A stretch of 64,000 nucleotides of DNA from Candidatus Eremiobacteria bacterium (GTDB lineage: Bacteria; Vulcanimicrobiota; Vulcanimicrobiia; Vulcanimicrobiales; Vulcanimicrobiaceae): contig CAVWUU010000001.1 of assembly GCA_963758295.1 (NCBI GenBank), forward strand, positions 608,001 to 672,000, in the 5' to 3' direction. The position numbers and the translations under genes were made by a program. Below, piece after piece: positions 63,153 through 64,000 of the stretch (position 1 is its first letter; every line of letters begins with the position of its first letter). The notes under the pieces were generated by a model, which saw only the letters and a program-made list of their open reading frames with translations, did not search any database and was not told the DNA's origin.

Positions 63153-64000
63153 ATGGGATCCGGATTGAATCGACCGGCGGGCGCCGCCATGGATGCGGCC
63201 CGCATCCTTGAGCCTTATCGGGGGCCTTGGGACGAGCGACTGGCGGCGCACCTTCTGCGGCGCGCGGGTTTCGGCGGCTCGCCGCAAACCGTTCAAAAAT
63301 TCGCTTCGATGAACCCACGCGACGCCGTGGCGAGTCTTCTTGTCGTTCCCGATCCCTTGGCGATTCCGCAACCCGCGGCGCCGTTCGATCCACGCGAACG
63401 GATCGCCGAGCTACGCGGGAGCGATTCAACGCAACGTCGTGAAGCGCTCAAAGCGTTGCGCAAGGAGATGCGCGCGTCGATCCTCGAGTTGCAGTTGTGG
63501 TGGCTTAACCAGATGTTAAGCACCTCCGGCCCTCTACAAGAAAAGATGACGCTGTTTCTGCACGGTCACTTCACGACCGCCGCAATTCAAAAGGGTGTGT
63601 GGCCGCCCTACGTCTGGCAACAGAATCAGCTCTATCGCAGCTCGGCGCTTGGAAATTTACGGAAGCTGACGGTTGCGGTGAGCCAGGATCCGGCGATGTT
63701 GCTGTATCTCGACAACGCCTCGAGCAACAAGGCGCACCCGAATGAGAACTACGCGCGTGAACTGATGGAGCTTTTCACGCTCGGTCACGGAAACTATAGC
63801 GAGGAAGATATCCGCCAATCGGCGCGCGCCTTTACCGGTTGGACAATCAACCGTCGCGCCGGTCAGTTTGCATTCAACGAACGCATTCACGACGACGGAA
63901 CCAAGACATTCCTCGGTCGCTCCGGGAACTTCGACGGAAACGATATCGTTGACATCATCTACGAACAACCGGCGTGCCCAACGTTTTGGGCCCAGAAATT
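63153..64000 (+). CDS. DUF1800 domain protein (partial, runs off the window)
   Basis: AAHLLRRAGFG, LQEKMTLFLHGHF, DPAMLLYLDN and PNENYARELMELFTLG motifs. Start is 63153 or 63189. Confidence 0.92.
   Translation, partial: MGSGLNRPAGAAMDAARILEPYRGPWDERLAAHLLRRAGFGGSPQTVQKFASMNPRDAVASLLVVPDPLAIPQPAAPFDPRERIAELRGSDSTQRREALKALRKEMRASILELQLWWLNQMLSTSGPLQEKMTLFLHGHFTTAAIQKGVWPPYVWQQNQLYRSSALGNLRKLTVAVSQDPAMLLYLDNASSNKAHPNENYARELMELFTLGHGNYSEEDIRQSARAFTGWTINRRAGQFAFNERIHDDGTKTFLGRSGNFDGNDIVDIIYEQPACPTFWAQK

Overview
This is a GC-rich bacterial chromosomal segment. Gene content and protein style suggest Candidatus Eremiobacterota/Vulcanimicrobiota, but that is inference only. Most of it is housekeeping and metabolic: rnd-acnA, aceEF, a TPP riboswitch before thiC, DUF190-crcB, a Fur/Zur-ZnuACB-type metal uptake operon, purEK, and a leucine-catabolism (liuBCDE-like) cluster. 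It also has many secreted hydrolases (S53, M13, two tandem VPS10/BNR proteins, GH5, phosphoesterase). An accessory zone at about 36.6-43.4 kb lies downstream of tRNA-Ala(CGC). It holds a 2.6-kb decayed integrative element bounded by a 53-bp att repeat, a second integrase stub, a duplicated zincin gene, a CIRCE-controlled Hsp20 and several gene fragments. Two stretches (24.6-26.1 kb and 53.2-61.0 kb) carry many single-base indels that look like consensus sequencing errors. The most interesting leads are: (i) an overlapping TMEM175-variant channel / PLP histidine decarboxylase / tandem-ACT operon with no antiporter; (ii) a REP-like palindrome inserted in frame in the aceF linker, with a second intergenic copy; (iii) an approximately 160-nt nested-hairpin ncRNA candidate at 33.1-33.3 kb; (iv) an apparently exported YhaM-like HD-domain protein; (v) a WYL regulator with a TGACA-N5-TGTCA operator over its own -35. 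No CRISPR array or rRNA was seen.
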